NCBI GenBank assembly: GCA_046563655.1
Contig: CM102287.1
Span: forward strand, 8,184,001-8,248,000
Origin: Yuukianura sp. NJ FZ-2021
Lineage: Eukaryota
Length of the DNA: 64,000 bases
Direction: 5' to 3'
The first letter of the stretch is position 1. The number at the start of each line of letters is the position of its first letter. Below are positions 51,710 to 64,000 of the stretch, one piece after another. The position numbers and the translations under genes were made by a program. The notes beneath the pieces are model-generated. The model was not told the DNA's origin. It saw nothing but the letters and a program-made list of their open reading frames with translations, and ran no database searches.

Positions 51710-54700
51710 TGGAGAAAGTTCAATATCCTTCTTCCCAAATCATGCTGTGTCTTTTTGCTGGTCCCAATTTCTCACTCGGGACTTAAATTCATTCCGACTG
51801 ACACAGAAGAGAATAAGGGGTCATTAAGGGTATCAGGAGTCTTCTCTGCCTTCTGGAAATGAGCCTTCTCTGGGGAAGTTTTCCTCTGCTTCTGCTGCTT
51901 CTAAGTCCACGTAATCTAGACCAATGTGACCAAACCTAATGCTATTTAGACTTGATATTTCCTAACCTAACCTATTTCAGGCCAAATGGAATGGAAGTTC
52001 CGTGTTTTCTTCTCACTTTCAAACTTTTACATTTTTTTGGAACTTGGAACTTTGGGCTCCAAGTCACAAGACACAGAGTCAACTAATGTCCGAAAGTCAC
52101 TCTCATTTTCTTTTCATTTTGTCTGATGGAATGATGTTTTCTGCAGTCCTTTACTACACCCTCACTGTGACAATTTCAACCTAGGCTACACAAGAAACCT
52201 AACGTTAGCCTAATGTTGGTGGTCGCAAGGTAAACAAAATCCAATTTAAAGGGACCGAGAGCAAAGTTAGGTTGATACAAAACTTAGGCTAGCTTGAGCA
52301 AACCTAAAGTTGACTGTCGTAGGTGTCAATTCCTAAGGGATTAGCCAAAGCCAAATGAAACCAGAAAAAAACAATGGCAAAGTTTAGCCCAAAGTTCTAA
52401 AAATAGTTTTTTGAACTTTTAGAACTTAGAAAATCAGCCTTTGAAAATAATTTGGACCGAATCTGTTCGGAAACTTTTCTTTCTGTACTACTTTCGTTTA
52501 GTCTACTCAAATTGGCTCCAAGTTTTTTTGAAAATAGGAAAAGTGTTCTGTGCACAACCATTTATTATTACGACTCCCTGAGTTCCCATTTTGAAAGGCA
52601 GAAGGAGCTCCTTCATCTTCCAAATCCCTCGATGCCTTTTCCCAACTTGATCTGCTGAGCCCAGAGCTTCATCCCAGGGATCAATCCTGAGGTTACGTGA
52701 CTTTTGGGTTTCTGAAGACTCCCTTGTAGTGTTGCCTTCCCTTGTGTTGGAGATTAGATGAAGATTTTCTGGAAGGCGATCCTGCCCTCTTAGGAGAGAT
52801 TCTGACACTTGCAGTTCCACCAGACGTGAGATAGAAGGGGATCTCGCAGGGATTCGACGATGGCGGCTTGTGCTGGAGAAAGTTCTGGAAAGACTCCAAC
52901 TTTCTCTGCAGTTATCCAAAAATGGTGTGGTTAGGAGTGGAAACGGCAGCAAAAGGCAGAATCACTTTCTTTTCCAAAAACAAAAGAATGCTTTCAAACA
53001 ATATTTCTTATTCTAAAAAGATGTGAAGTGTTTGAAAACTTTTTCAATTTCCGTAGAAATGATGGTTCTGAAATTTAGAACTGCTGAACTATCGATTTGT
53101 GAGTAGAGATATGAGTAGCGGGAGTGGGGCTACGTTTTAAAAAGCGCAAAAAAAATCTTAAAACGAAATATTATTATGAAGAAAGAAGTTATTTTCTACG
53201 AAGACAAAATTAAAAGTTGTGAAAAATGTCAAAAATTACACTACGCTCGCAGAAATTTCATGAAAACCTAAAACTAAAAAATCCGCTTTCCAATTTTAGA
53301 ATCAAAAATGAATCTCGGTAAATGGGAGCTTCGTATTACATTAAATATGGAAATAGAACAACGGGCACATATTTCTTTACTTAAAAAATCCAAATCCTCA
53401 TCTATAAACTATACCAGTTTCAACTTTCAATTTTTTTTTTAAAAATTTCCAATACATTTTTGTTGGACACTGCTCTTTATTAATACAAAACTGTTTTAAC
53501 CAAGTAATCACACCAATACGACAAACTTTTTCAAAAGAGCAGTTTGTGAATAAAATTTTCATAAGAGGAATTTTCAACATTTCAACATTTTGAGTAAATC
53601 AACATTTATGTAGACGAAAACTTAAGTTTCTTCCTCACGTATCGATCTGCAAATGACGTCGAGGGTGAAGTGCCGAGTGAAAGCGCGGGGAAAGTTTTGT
53701 GTTTTGAAAACAGAGGACGCTAGATCCTCTGCTTTCACTTTTCGCAATCCCCATTTCAGCTGCTGCTTCTTCTAAGTTCTTTAAAACAACCTCCAATTGT
53801 TGAATTGTTGGTGGTTGATAATTCTGAAGGATTTTTCAGCACCTTAAAAAAGGTTAAAAAGTTATTGCTCATGAATTTTTAGAAGTTCAGAAAAAGTTGA
53901 TTTATGGTTTGGGATTAGCGTGAGGGCCAAAAGTAATGTTTATGATTGGAGATGATCTGACCATAATTCATGAGGCTCTCCCATTGTTGTGGTTGAGGTT
54001 TCAATGGAAGACGTTCGGAACAATGGACTAGGCAGGATCACAGTTGAGGTTTTGTTTCATTTCATCCTTCGTTCTTCCCAAAGATCAAACAGCAACCACC
54101 AATCCCAACAGTATGGATCATGTCAAGAATATTTCAGCAAAAAAATAAGCCACCGACGGTATGAAATATGAATCACGTCAAAATTTCAGCAAAAAAGTCC
54201 ACGGGGTTTCTAAAAACAAATCTCGATGTAGGAAAAATATTTTTGATAGATTCCATGCCGCGTCACAAAAAAGAGTTACACAGGTTACTCCACTACTCTG
54301 TTTGGGAAGGTAACTTGGCAATCTCATCTGATTTAAGAAACATGGCTTTGGATTCAAATGAATTCGAAAAAATAGAATTGCAAGTTGAAATTCGAAATTT
54401 CAGAAGAGAAAGCAATTTCAGAGTTGTAGTGGTTCATAATTTAGAAAATGAAACAAATTAAAGAAGAAACTACTACAGTTTTTTCTCCATTTCTTTAATT
54501 TTTGCATTTCGATCTACCACTTTATTTTGTTAGCTCAATTGTTCTCAAAAGCTTCGTATTGAAATCTAGTTTAGTAATTTTATACAAACTAGTTTTTTCT
54601 CCTTCTAGATGTTTAGATTTTTTCGCGCGTGTCTTCTTCCAGCCTAACTAACTAAACAGCATCAATATTATTTTTAAGTTCTACGAACATCGTCTCAAAA

Positions 54701-55925
54701 ATTTCGTTTTTGCAATTTTTGATTTCGAAAAATTAGATGAAATTATTGAAATGTTGAAGATTCGAGAGATGAGATGGTGAAGGATAAGGCGGGTGGGATG
54801 ACGAAGATGCAGAATCCGCCCTCAGTTGAGCTCGAGGCTAGGCGCAGAGGCAAATGGTTGAAAAAAATATGGATCTGAAAGTAAAGGAGAGGCTGAAGAC
54901 GAGGACCAAGAAGATGAAGATGAAAATCCTTTGAAAAGGTTAGGCAAAACCTAGCCTATGTTTCCTTATTCACCCCATTCCACGCAGATTTCCTCAGTGT
55001 ACTCAGAGCACAAGTGCTCAAGGCGCAGTTCCACTTTTTCCAAATCCAACATATTTTCTAAAAAGCGTCTTTGCTGCCATTGGACTTCAACCGAACTCAA
55101 AAGGAGACTTCGGAGTTCCGAATATCCCTCCACCGCCATCGTTCAGGGTAAGACGCTGAACCAAATCCTTGTTCTTAAGCCCTCTCAAATTCTAGAATAG
55201 AAAATAGAAAGACAAAGATTTCTTGCCCGGCTTCTGCAAGAGTCAGACCTTGGTTTCAATTTCATTCTCTGTTTTGGTTTGTTCTCGAATCCAACCGGGT
55301 AGCTTTCACTTCCTCCAAGTTTATTTCTACAAGAAACACAAGTCCAAAGACACCGCAAAACCATTTTCAAAACTTTTCTTCCTAAATAAACAAATTGACA
55401 AGGTTAGTTTCATCAACAAACCCACAGACTCGTTGACAGGAAGCAGAAGCTACTAGGTTTGAAATTTCTAAATAAGTTTATTTTTAATTAGTAAAGTAAT
55501 ACAATTAATAATTAACTTAACAATTATGAAAACTAATAACTAAAAACATAGTTTACAAGTTAAAACTGTCAAAAATGCTATTTCTTTAAATTGAAAATAT
55601 GGAAACTTTTGAAATTGTTGAACTTTTTTAGCTTAAGGTTTCACTTTTAAGAAAATTTCGAGTCGAGGTCAACGCAAGGGCTCTTGGTGGACTTGACCTT
55701 TGTATTTTTTGCTTTCTTTTTTGCTGCTGTAAACCCTTTAAGTCCCCTAATTACCCCTTTCCCTTGTAGTGTAAAAAGTTATATGACTCTATTGTAAAAA
55801 GTTAAGTGTAAAGTGGCAGGTTGTGTTGAGAAATTGTAAATTCTTGGTAAGTTTTTTTTCTGGTGGAAGATGACCCTGGACCAAAGATGCTGCTGCTGCT
55901 GAAGATGAAGATTTTTTGTCACTTT

Positions 55926-55994
55926 CCTGAACGTATACTAAATGTATCCTGAGTGCTTTGAGATCTCCGGTATACCTTCAGTATACGTGCCAGG
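55926..55994 (+). ncRNA. mir-iab-4: mir-iab-4 precursor hairpin (5p 55931-55952 ACGUAUACUAAAUGUAUCCUGA; 3p from 55968 CGGUAUACCUUCAGUAUACGU)
   Basis: The 5' arm differs by one base from canonical miR-iab-4-5p (ACGUAUACUGAAUGUAUCCUGA) and the 3' arm matches the canonical 3p core. The arms pair, with a basal CCUG/CAGG stem. It sits upstream of and antisense to abd-A, as expected from synteny. Confidence 0.95.
55926..55994 (-). ncRNA. mir-iab-8: mir-iab-8 (antisense strand of the iab-4 hairpin); 5p homologue approx. 55990-55968 GCACGUAUACUGAAGGUAUACCG
   Basis: The reverse complement folds into a comparable hairpin. The ACGUAUACUGAAGGUAUACCG core is identical to canonical iab-8-5p but the first two nucleotides differ. 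Expression is inferred only from homology. Confidence 0.75.
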
Positions 55995-58900
55995 CGAGAA
56001 CAAATCAACCAAGATCAAGGACAACTTCAACTTCCTTAATTTCAAACTCTGCAATTAAAAATTAAAGTTAAGTGAGGTGATTACATTGAGTTAAGCAGGT
56101 TATAACTTACAACTTTCGTTAGCTAGATTTTCATTGCGATAAATTCCGTGTGAAAATGGGTAGGTTTATAATAAAAAATTGTATTGAATAAGCTATTACT
56201 GCGTTAAAATCCTTTTAGCTATAAATGTATTTAACTCGAATCGAAAGGTATATATCTTATTGTAACATATTTCAAAAATTAAAAAAAAGTCATAAATGAA
56301 ACTCATTCTTTTAATTAATTTAATTATTTGAGTTTTTCAAATAATTGTAAAATTGAGGAATGGTGGAATGTTTCTTTTAATTTTAGTACAAAGAAATAAC
56401 AACATAACTTTGAAAATTTCGAGGTTTTTCTGTTTGTCAATGTCGGATAGTCTAAATTCAAACTTTGGAATTTAAAAAATAAAACAACACTCTTGAGTGT
56501 ATAATTATTGAAGCGAAGCAGTTCAAAAATTTGTCAAAAATCAAAAATAAATTGAAAAAGTCTAGCTGAAAATCGTAACTGCAAGATGTTCAGCAGCATA
56601 ACCGTCAAATCATTATTTTGTTCAAATAAGCTGTAAAATAATTTCTATCGCTTATTGACTTGATCAGATACTGCAATCGCTTCAAATTCCTGACAAATGG
56701 GTTTCGAAGAAAAATGTCGAATTTTTGCATAGTTTCACAGCCGTTTCACTTTTTCGCAAACATAAAAAGCCCCTGATCATATTCTGTCTTTAGATCAGAT
56801 CACCATTCTTCCTCTGGATAGAAATGTCCTTAACTATAAATAAATAAAAAAATTAACTCTTAACCAATAAAATTCGTTTTTACTAAAAAACCAAGTTTGA
56901 TATTTCAACTTGATTTTTCTTTAGAAAAACTGTAACAGAGTCAACATTTTTTTTGGTGTGGATTGGACAGGACCTTGTAAGAGGCAGATGTTTGACAGGA
57001 CACGAAGACAATGGCTTTGGAATCGGGGCGGGAGGGAAGCAAAAAAATGGAGGCAGAAGGACTTTTGGACTGGCGAAAATGAGGGTTTAATAAGGGTCCC
57101 CTTGTCCCTTGGCCTCTCCGTAGCATTAGTCTTGCTAACCTTACACTGTCCTATTCCACATCTTCCTAAAATCCTATCTTTGTTCCATAAGTCATAATGG
57201 AGAATCCCTCTCCACTGCAACTTTCCCAGATTACGTCAATTCATTCCAAAAAGCCCTTCAAACATCTCTGTGTCCATTTTGAACAAACAAACGTCAGTTG
57301 TGCCCTTAACTTCCAGCAGAAGAGGAGTGAGTCTTTAGTAACTTAAAACGAATTTTCAACGGCCAAAATTGAATTTCAAAATTTTGGCAAAATGTGGAGA
57401 CGCCGAGAGATTCTGCAAAACGTAACTACGAATCCCGTGATTCAAAATTTGGACGTAAGGATTTTGGTAAGTCTAGCTGTCGAGGACAAAATTTAAGTTC
57501 AAAGTTACGATCTCATATGATTTTTTGAAAAGCTGTGAAGTACTTTTTCATTACCAAAGAACATTGAGATGAAAAGATTTGTCAAGAACTATATTTTTAA
57601 AAATTTCATTAAAACTATTCATTATTTAGAAATAATTAAAATTTCCCACCATTTCATGACAGCAAGATTAGAATTAAGTGGCTGGTCTGCTATAGGCAAA
57701 TATAAAACTTGAGTGATCTGGATCATATCAATTCAGAAGCTGAGACAAGGTCACACGGGTTCACTGAAAATTAGCTCCATTTAATGTTAAGCTGTTAACT
57801 ACTACTTTAATTTTGCAGAAAAAAATGGACAAGTCAATTAGCTTGTGAAACTTTGCCTTTCAGCGTCTCTGCTTCATTTTTTGTTCAAAGTCATTTTTTG
57901 CTTGATCTTTGATCTCTGCCTTTCCTTCTGAGACGCTTCTTAAGAAACTCAATTTCCAAGACCATGGGAAAAGAACAGGCAAAAAATAGGAAATGGTCCA
58001 GCATCCCTTGGATTTGGATCCTTCGCAGCAGCATCCGTGAGATCCAGAACGAAATAAGCTTGAACGAATGTTACACAAAAAACGTTGTATTTTGGACAAA
58101 AAATTTGAACTGAAACCTTTACGTTCTAAATCAGGATCACGAGAGGATGTTGCCTTTAGGACATGACGGAGACAATTCTATTGTTACCAATTCAGTGACT
58201 ATGCTTGCTTAAGAAAAACGCTTGGACATGGACAACTATACAGCCTAAGTTAACAATGAGATGAATATATCCTTATGAGCACAATGTCACTGCGCAAACA
58301 TTTTGTTAGGTTTGCTTTGATTGCATGGTTTCTGTAGTCTTCAACGTAGGTGACCGTAAGAAATGAAAGATTGGATTGCGCAATCGAATCACGTCGATTC
58401 TTTATCGGTCCCAAGAGGACATTAAAGATTTTGGTCATTTGTGATAATCATAATTCAGAAGCATAAGATTGAATTAGTTGGCGCATTTGATTTCCAAATA
58501 CACTTAAACATAGAAATTATAAAGTAGAAATTATAAAATATAAAACTAGAATCAAAATGGTTTATTTTCTCCAATAAATAGTTTGGAAAAACTTTTTTTT
58601 TTGTCTTTAATTGTTTTTTTGAATTCCGTAAAACTACATGCTAGACTTTGCTAAAAAATTTAAAAATTGCTAAACTAAATTACGAAAATCAAAACAAAAA
58701 TTCATTACTTAACAGCCTTGTGAGAAAATTTGAGTTCTAGAGTTGTGCAGCATAAAAAAACTGTAGATTTGGATTTGCAACCTCCTCGATTCCGCGGCAT
58801 CCTAGTTTCTAATTTGCTTGTTGAATTATTTTTTTTACCTTCAAGCAGTACTTTTAATATGTGCGGACTTAGAAACTCATTTTCAAAATTTGGATTCAAA

Positions 58901-61900
58901 AAACTTTTAAAGAAATTGGATTTAGCCATTTCAAAAATTCTGCTTTCTCTCTTATTTCAGCTGAGTTTAGATCTGAAGTAAGTAACTGCTGGTTGAAATG
59001 GGTTCTGAAGCGCCGCTGCTTAATTTTGCGCAGATGCCGGTAGAAGCTGAGGGCGCAGAGGTTATCGATTGAGGCTCCACTGCGAACAACGAGCAGCAAA
59101 ACATAGTCTAGGCTGAAACCATTAAGTCACGAGTTGCTATGGGTGGGGTTCCGAGATCCGCCATTGCTCCAAACGGGAGGATCCCTTCCCTCGGAACCAG
59201 AAAAGCTTCAAAAGGAGCTTACTAAGCTGCGGGATCACTTTTAAAAAGAAAAAGTTCCTCCAGATCACTTCGCTCCTCTGCTTCAGCCAACTGCAATTTT
59301 CTTCAAACCTAACCTAACTTTTCAGAGAAAATGTCTCATGCCTCAGTCATTTTCTTCAGTTGAAATTGGAGGAAGGGGAGAACCTACCTTAAAGCTAAGC
59401 TCAAACCCTACCCCTTCTTCCATTTATTCAATTTATGGCTTAGCCTGACAGGTCCAAATGCATGCTAGTCCAACCAACTTTCCAAAAATTCTCAAGCGAA
59501 ATGCGTATACAGGCAAGCCTAATCGCCAAATCTGAAAATTCTTTATTTTTTCATGTTGAGCGCTGGAAAAATTTGAGCTGGCGTTGAAATTTTAGTTTTT
59601 ACTAAGAAATTGAAATTCAGTTTGGCAAGGGAGAGAAAATGAGAGTTTTTTTTTTGTTCCAAAGTTTACTAAATTTTGAAACAAAAAATTGTTTTTGTAA
59701 TTTGAGAGGCACTTGTGTTTGGAAGTTTTAGAACAAAAGGGAAGCGCTGCTCGTTGGATTTTTTGTTGGTAATAAAACAATAGACACTTCCTTACCATGG
59801 TCGTAGTTCTTGTGCCATCCATTAAAATGAGCTCAAATTACGCTTTTAATACTCATCAAATCCATAAAAATGTCAAGTTGAATGTCAACTTCTACAGTTT
59901 TTATACAATAAACAATGACTTACACTCTGCCATTTTACACTATCCTAGTACTATGCTCTATCCTACCAGTTAATTCAGAAAGAATTCTTTCAGTTTAAAT
60001 TTCTAACGTGCAAAACGTCATTGGAATAAAAATCGGGTTAAAGTTTGGTAGGAACCTAAAACAAAGGTCAGCTGTCTCGGAGTTCAATTTTGGTTTGAAT
60101 TGTTCAAATAGTTCTTTGTTCAATTTTAAAAGCCTACTTTTTCAAGTATCAAAAACCGAAAAAAAAATGTGTTGAACAATTTTCGGATGCCGAGATTTAG
60201 GAAATACTAACGTAAGTTTGATTTTGAGTTGTAAGTTTCAAAGTAATCAATGCTGTTAGAATTTAAATCACAGTTTCCATTTTCCTACTTGAAAATTTCA
60301 GATTTCAAGAAATTCGGTTAGGGTGATTTCGGAATTAACTTTTTTTTTTAAAGAAGAATGATACTTCGTGTGTGCCTTAAAGCATTACTTTTAGGTTTTT
60401 AGCCCTAAGTAGCTGGATACGAATTGTAATTTAGTTAAAAGCATTCTTCTTCTTGATCAAAGCGTATCCAGATTTGAAGAAGGCAGCAGAAGCCCATCTC
60501 CATTTATCTTCTGCCACCAACCACTCCCTATTTTCCTTTTAACATTTTTCTCATCTTCTCCAAAAAAACACTTCTTTTTTGGAACGTGAGTGGATTTTGG
60601 GAAGATGTGACACGAAGTGACATTTAGAAAAAAAATCACTATGCTCATGCTGCTTCCCTCTTCTCAGAAAATCCTTCTGAAAAATTCCATTTTCTCCTGA
60701 CAGGATTTCAGGGAGAAGAAGAGAAAAAAATGGAAGTTTTACGATCATCCTCTCCTTTTCTATTTTCTTATTTGAAAAGCGGAGAAAGCGGAAAATGTGA
60801 AGCGTCCAATGAATTGATAAATCGGAACAAAAGAAAGCACAGGGAGATCAGCATTTTGAAACTAAAACGCGAACCCAAAGCCTAACGTGAACAATGAGGT
60901 TGAGAACCATAAAATTTTCAAATTCTTAAACAGAATTGCATCGCGACATCGAGAGACAGTTCAAATAACGAACAATGTGTTTACTTTTTTGAACTGCGGT
61001 TTTGTTTGAACAAGAAAATAAAAGTTCAAACCATTCTTGTGGTATCAAAATTAGGAAGCAGAGGTCACAAATTTAAAAAAAAAATCCGTTTCTGAGCAAC
61101 AAAAGCTGACAAAAAAATATAGAGTTGAGCATGAAACGAGTTTGGCGTTCAATATTTAAAAACGACATTCGTGCCAATTATAAAACTTTTAGAACAGAAA
61201 TTTACGATTTCAAAATTTTGAATTTTATCGTACGGTATTTCGAAAATTCAAACTGAAAATGTCGAAATTGTAATTAAGTACTTTGTATTTTTGGAAAATT
61301 CATTCACTAGCCTTGTGCTAATTTAATTTGAGTGCACTGAGAATTGAAGTCCTTTGCAAATTCAATTTACGCAACAAAGTGCGTTAACTTTTTTGAAAAA
61401 GCGTTAATTCCAAAATGCCATTTTGAATTGAGCTCAATTGATCCATCAAAGGCTCAGTTAGAAAGGCCTTGTGTGGGCACTTGAAACCAATTCTGAATTG
61501 AACCAATTGAAAAAAGTTCTTGACTAAATCAATTATTTGTGTTTCCTTTTCAGAAAAAATGACCACACTGAAGTCAACCTACCCACGTTTTGGTCAATTA
61601 AAGTCAAGAAATGGCCCTGTCAGGCGCAAGATCCAAGTAAAGATAAGTGGTACGATGGACTCATTCGGGACTAAAACCATGAAATCATGATTAGATTTAA
61701 TTGAGATTAGAGTTACTCAAACTAGGGAAGCCTAATGTGACATAACCTAAACTGATTCTACGTTTTCATTTCCAGGACTTTTTTTTCGTTTCCAATTTAT
61801 CTCCATTTTTCATCAAACCAATTTTCTCCGGTTGCCACCCGCGAGGTTGAAGCTCCCGCATGAACTCCAAAATTTCAAGAAAAGTTTTGAAGAAGGGATT

Positions 61901-64000
61901 TTTTTTTCAAAAAACTCCACTTTAGCACCCAGAAAACTCAAATTTCCGACTCCGGTTTCTTCGGATTTAGTTCAAAACGCCACCTTTTTGTATGTAGATC
62001 TATCTAATCTCCCCTTTTCAAGTTTCAAGTGACTTGAAAACACAATGGCCTCAGTAACATTGGTCCTGGGAGGCAGCATCTCTTGACTCACACACGAGAA
62101 ATGTCGATGGAGCCACATTGCCCAAAATCCCTTCTACGTGCCTCCAGAAATCCCTCTGTTTCTGCTCAGTTTCACGTTAGGCTAGGCAACCTAACTTTCA
62201 GAATTTGAGAAGACGAAAGTACAAGATGAAGTTGGAAGATGCGAGAATTGTTAATCCAACATAATGAAGGGAAAAGCAGAGACAAAGACGATGGAAGAAG
62301 CTCAGCCACACACGAAATGTCACTCAAACTAATTCCCTGGAGCGACTCTGGAGGCAGGAATGGAAGGACTTGGAAAAATTGGGACTTAATCCTACCTTAT
62401 GACATTTCCGTAGGCAGCAGAGCCTAGCAGCACTGCGGCTTCCAATTTCCTAAAAGTTTCCAAAAACCTAACTTGAAGAGCAGCAGAAAGTTGGAAGATA
62501 CAAGGCAGAAGATCCTCATGATTAGGAAAAAGGATCCTAAAAATGAAAAGACTTAACTTAAGTGGAAACTTCTGCACAAACTTTTCTCTTACGCTTCAAA
62601 AACTTCCAGCGACGCTTCCAGTCTCTCATATCATCTCAACTTCTTCTCGTTTCAAAAAGTCTACAAAATGAAAAAAAGTTCTACTTTGCCAAAAACCGGC
62701 TCAGAACATGTCGTAGTTGCAGTTTTCCAAATTTTCAAAATGTTCAATTTTCAATTGTAAAAAATCGAAGTCCTTCACCAGTTTGACATAACTATTGAGT
62801 TTCCATGAACGAAGAAACCATATTCAATTTTTTTTTGAATTGGCGTTCAAATTTTTTGTTGTTCCCGAAGTCCATGTCCTCATTCGTAACAAGATTCATG
62901 GAACTTCATAACTTTTGAACGAACGCGTGTTTTTAGAATGTTGGAGCCAAAAAACCATCACCATCCTGAAGAAAATGGAGCAAGACGAAAGGAGTTTGTG
63001 CTAACCAAACTTTTTTTTTAAAGAATCCCGCAAAACTCAATTTCAGGGAAAAGCCTCCAGGAAAACTCCGTTTCTCTATGAAATCCAGCCGTGACTTTTC
63101 CCTCTACGCCCAAATTGGAATTTTTCCATCTTATCAGCATGCTACCAGCATTGTGTTTCCCCACTGGTGAAAGTCGGAAATGAGATTCCTAAGTCCTGGA
63201 ACTTTTACCTTGGTGGAGATGATGAGAAAGCGGAGGGAGAGGGAAGTGCTGTGCATTTAATCCCAGTGAAAGTGAACATTTCCGTGCTCTGTGCTCGTTC
63301 TCCATGTAAATTGGAATATTTTATAAATTAAATTATGCACAGGACGTCAGAGAAGGCTAGGAAAAACATGGTTTTGCCAAAAACTCATCCAAAGTCTACA
63401 CAGGAAAGGACTTTGGGAAGCCGTGTCGTGGAGCAGCCGTCGTCACTTCCACCAACCAAAATGAAATTACATTATGAATGTGTAAGAGACAAAGTTTGGG
63501 AAACTTCGGCTAGAAGTGTCGTAGAAAAACGAAACTGGAGATTATGAAATTTCGTGAAAATCAAAATGTAATGTTGTCAAAATTTTCCTTTTCACATTCT
63601 AATTTTACTTGAGGAATTTTGAACCAAAAGCCATTGTATGTAATCTAAGAAGGAACAGAAATCTTTAAAAATTAGATTCTATCCATAGCATGGCAAACGA
63701 AATTTTCTGAGCGGAATTTGCACTTGAACGTTTCAAGTTTTGCTTTTTCGGGGAAAACTTTAAGCGAAAGTCCTTTAGAAAATTCCATAAAAATTGTTTT
63801 ACATAGTTAGCAAATATTAAGTTTATTTAAATTCATTTTTTAAATTCTTATATTAAAATTGGGAGTTCTATAACTGTTTTTATCGTAGAACATTTTGAAA
63901 CCTAGGTAAGCTTGATGCCAATGCTAACTTTTGCCCTTATTTTTAGCAGTTGGAAAATCTTGACAAGATAGTTTCTTCATGACTGCTACGACAGTCACTC

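Noticed and set aside
56000..64000. Search for Abd-B exons upstream of the miRNA
   Set aside because: No Abd-B homeodomain peptide in the ORF track. The gene probably lies beyond the window.

Overview
This is eukaryotic, AT-rich DNA from the posterior (bithorax-like) part of an arthropod Hox cluster. It is probably a non-drosophilid hexapod; the exact taxon cannot be determined from the window. The only convincing protein-coding gene is abdominal-A (abd-A) on the minus strand, with three coding exons (38528-38024, 23931-23744, 23667-23158; 400 aa). It has a ~14.1 kb first intron and a 76-nt intron inside homeodomain helix 3. About 17 kb upstream lies the bidirectional mir-iab-4 (+) / mir-iab-8 (-) hairpin (~55926-55994), with substitutions that would change the canonical iab-8-5p seed. 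The putative abd-A 3' UTR holds six iab-4/iab-8-type ACGTAT cores and is interrupted by a 650-bp hAT-type MITE (10-bp TIRs, 8-bp TSD). The rest appears to be non-coding cis-regulatory DNA. It includes three perfect nuclear-receptor DR1 elements within 270 bp, Exd-Hox and Hth composite sites, recurrent Blimp-1-like 11-mers and a dispersed telomere-like CCTAACCTAA motif. No Ubx or Abd-B exon was seen, and the other ORFs in the track look spurious.
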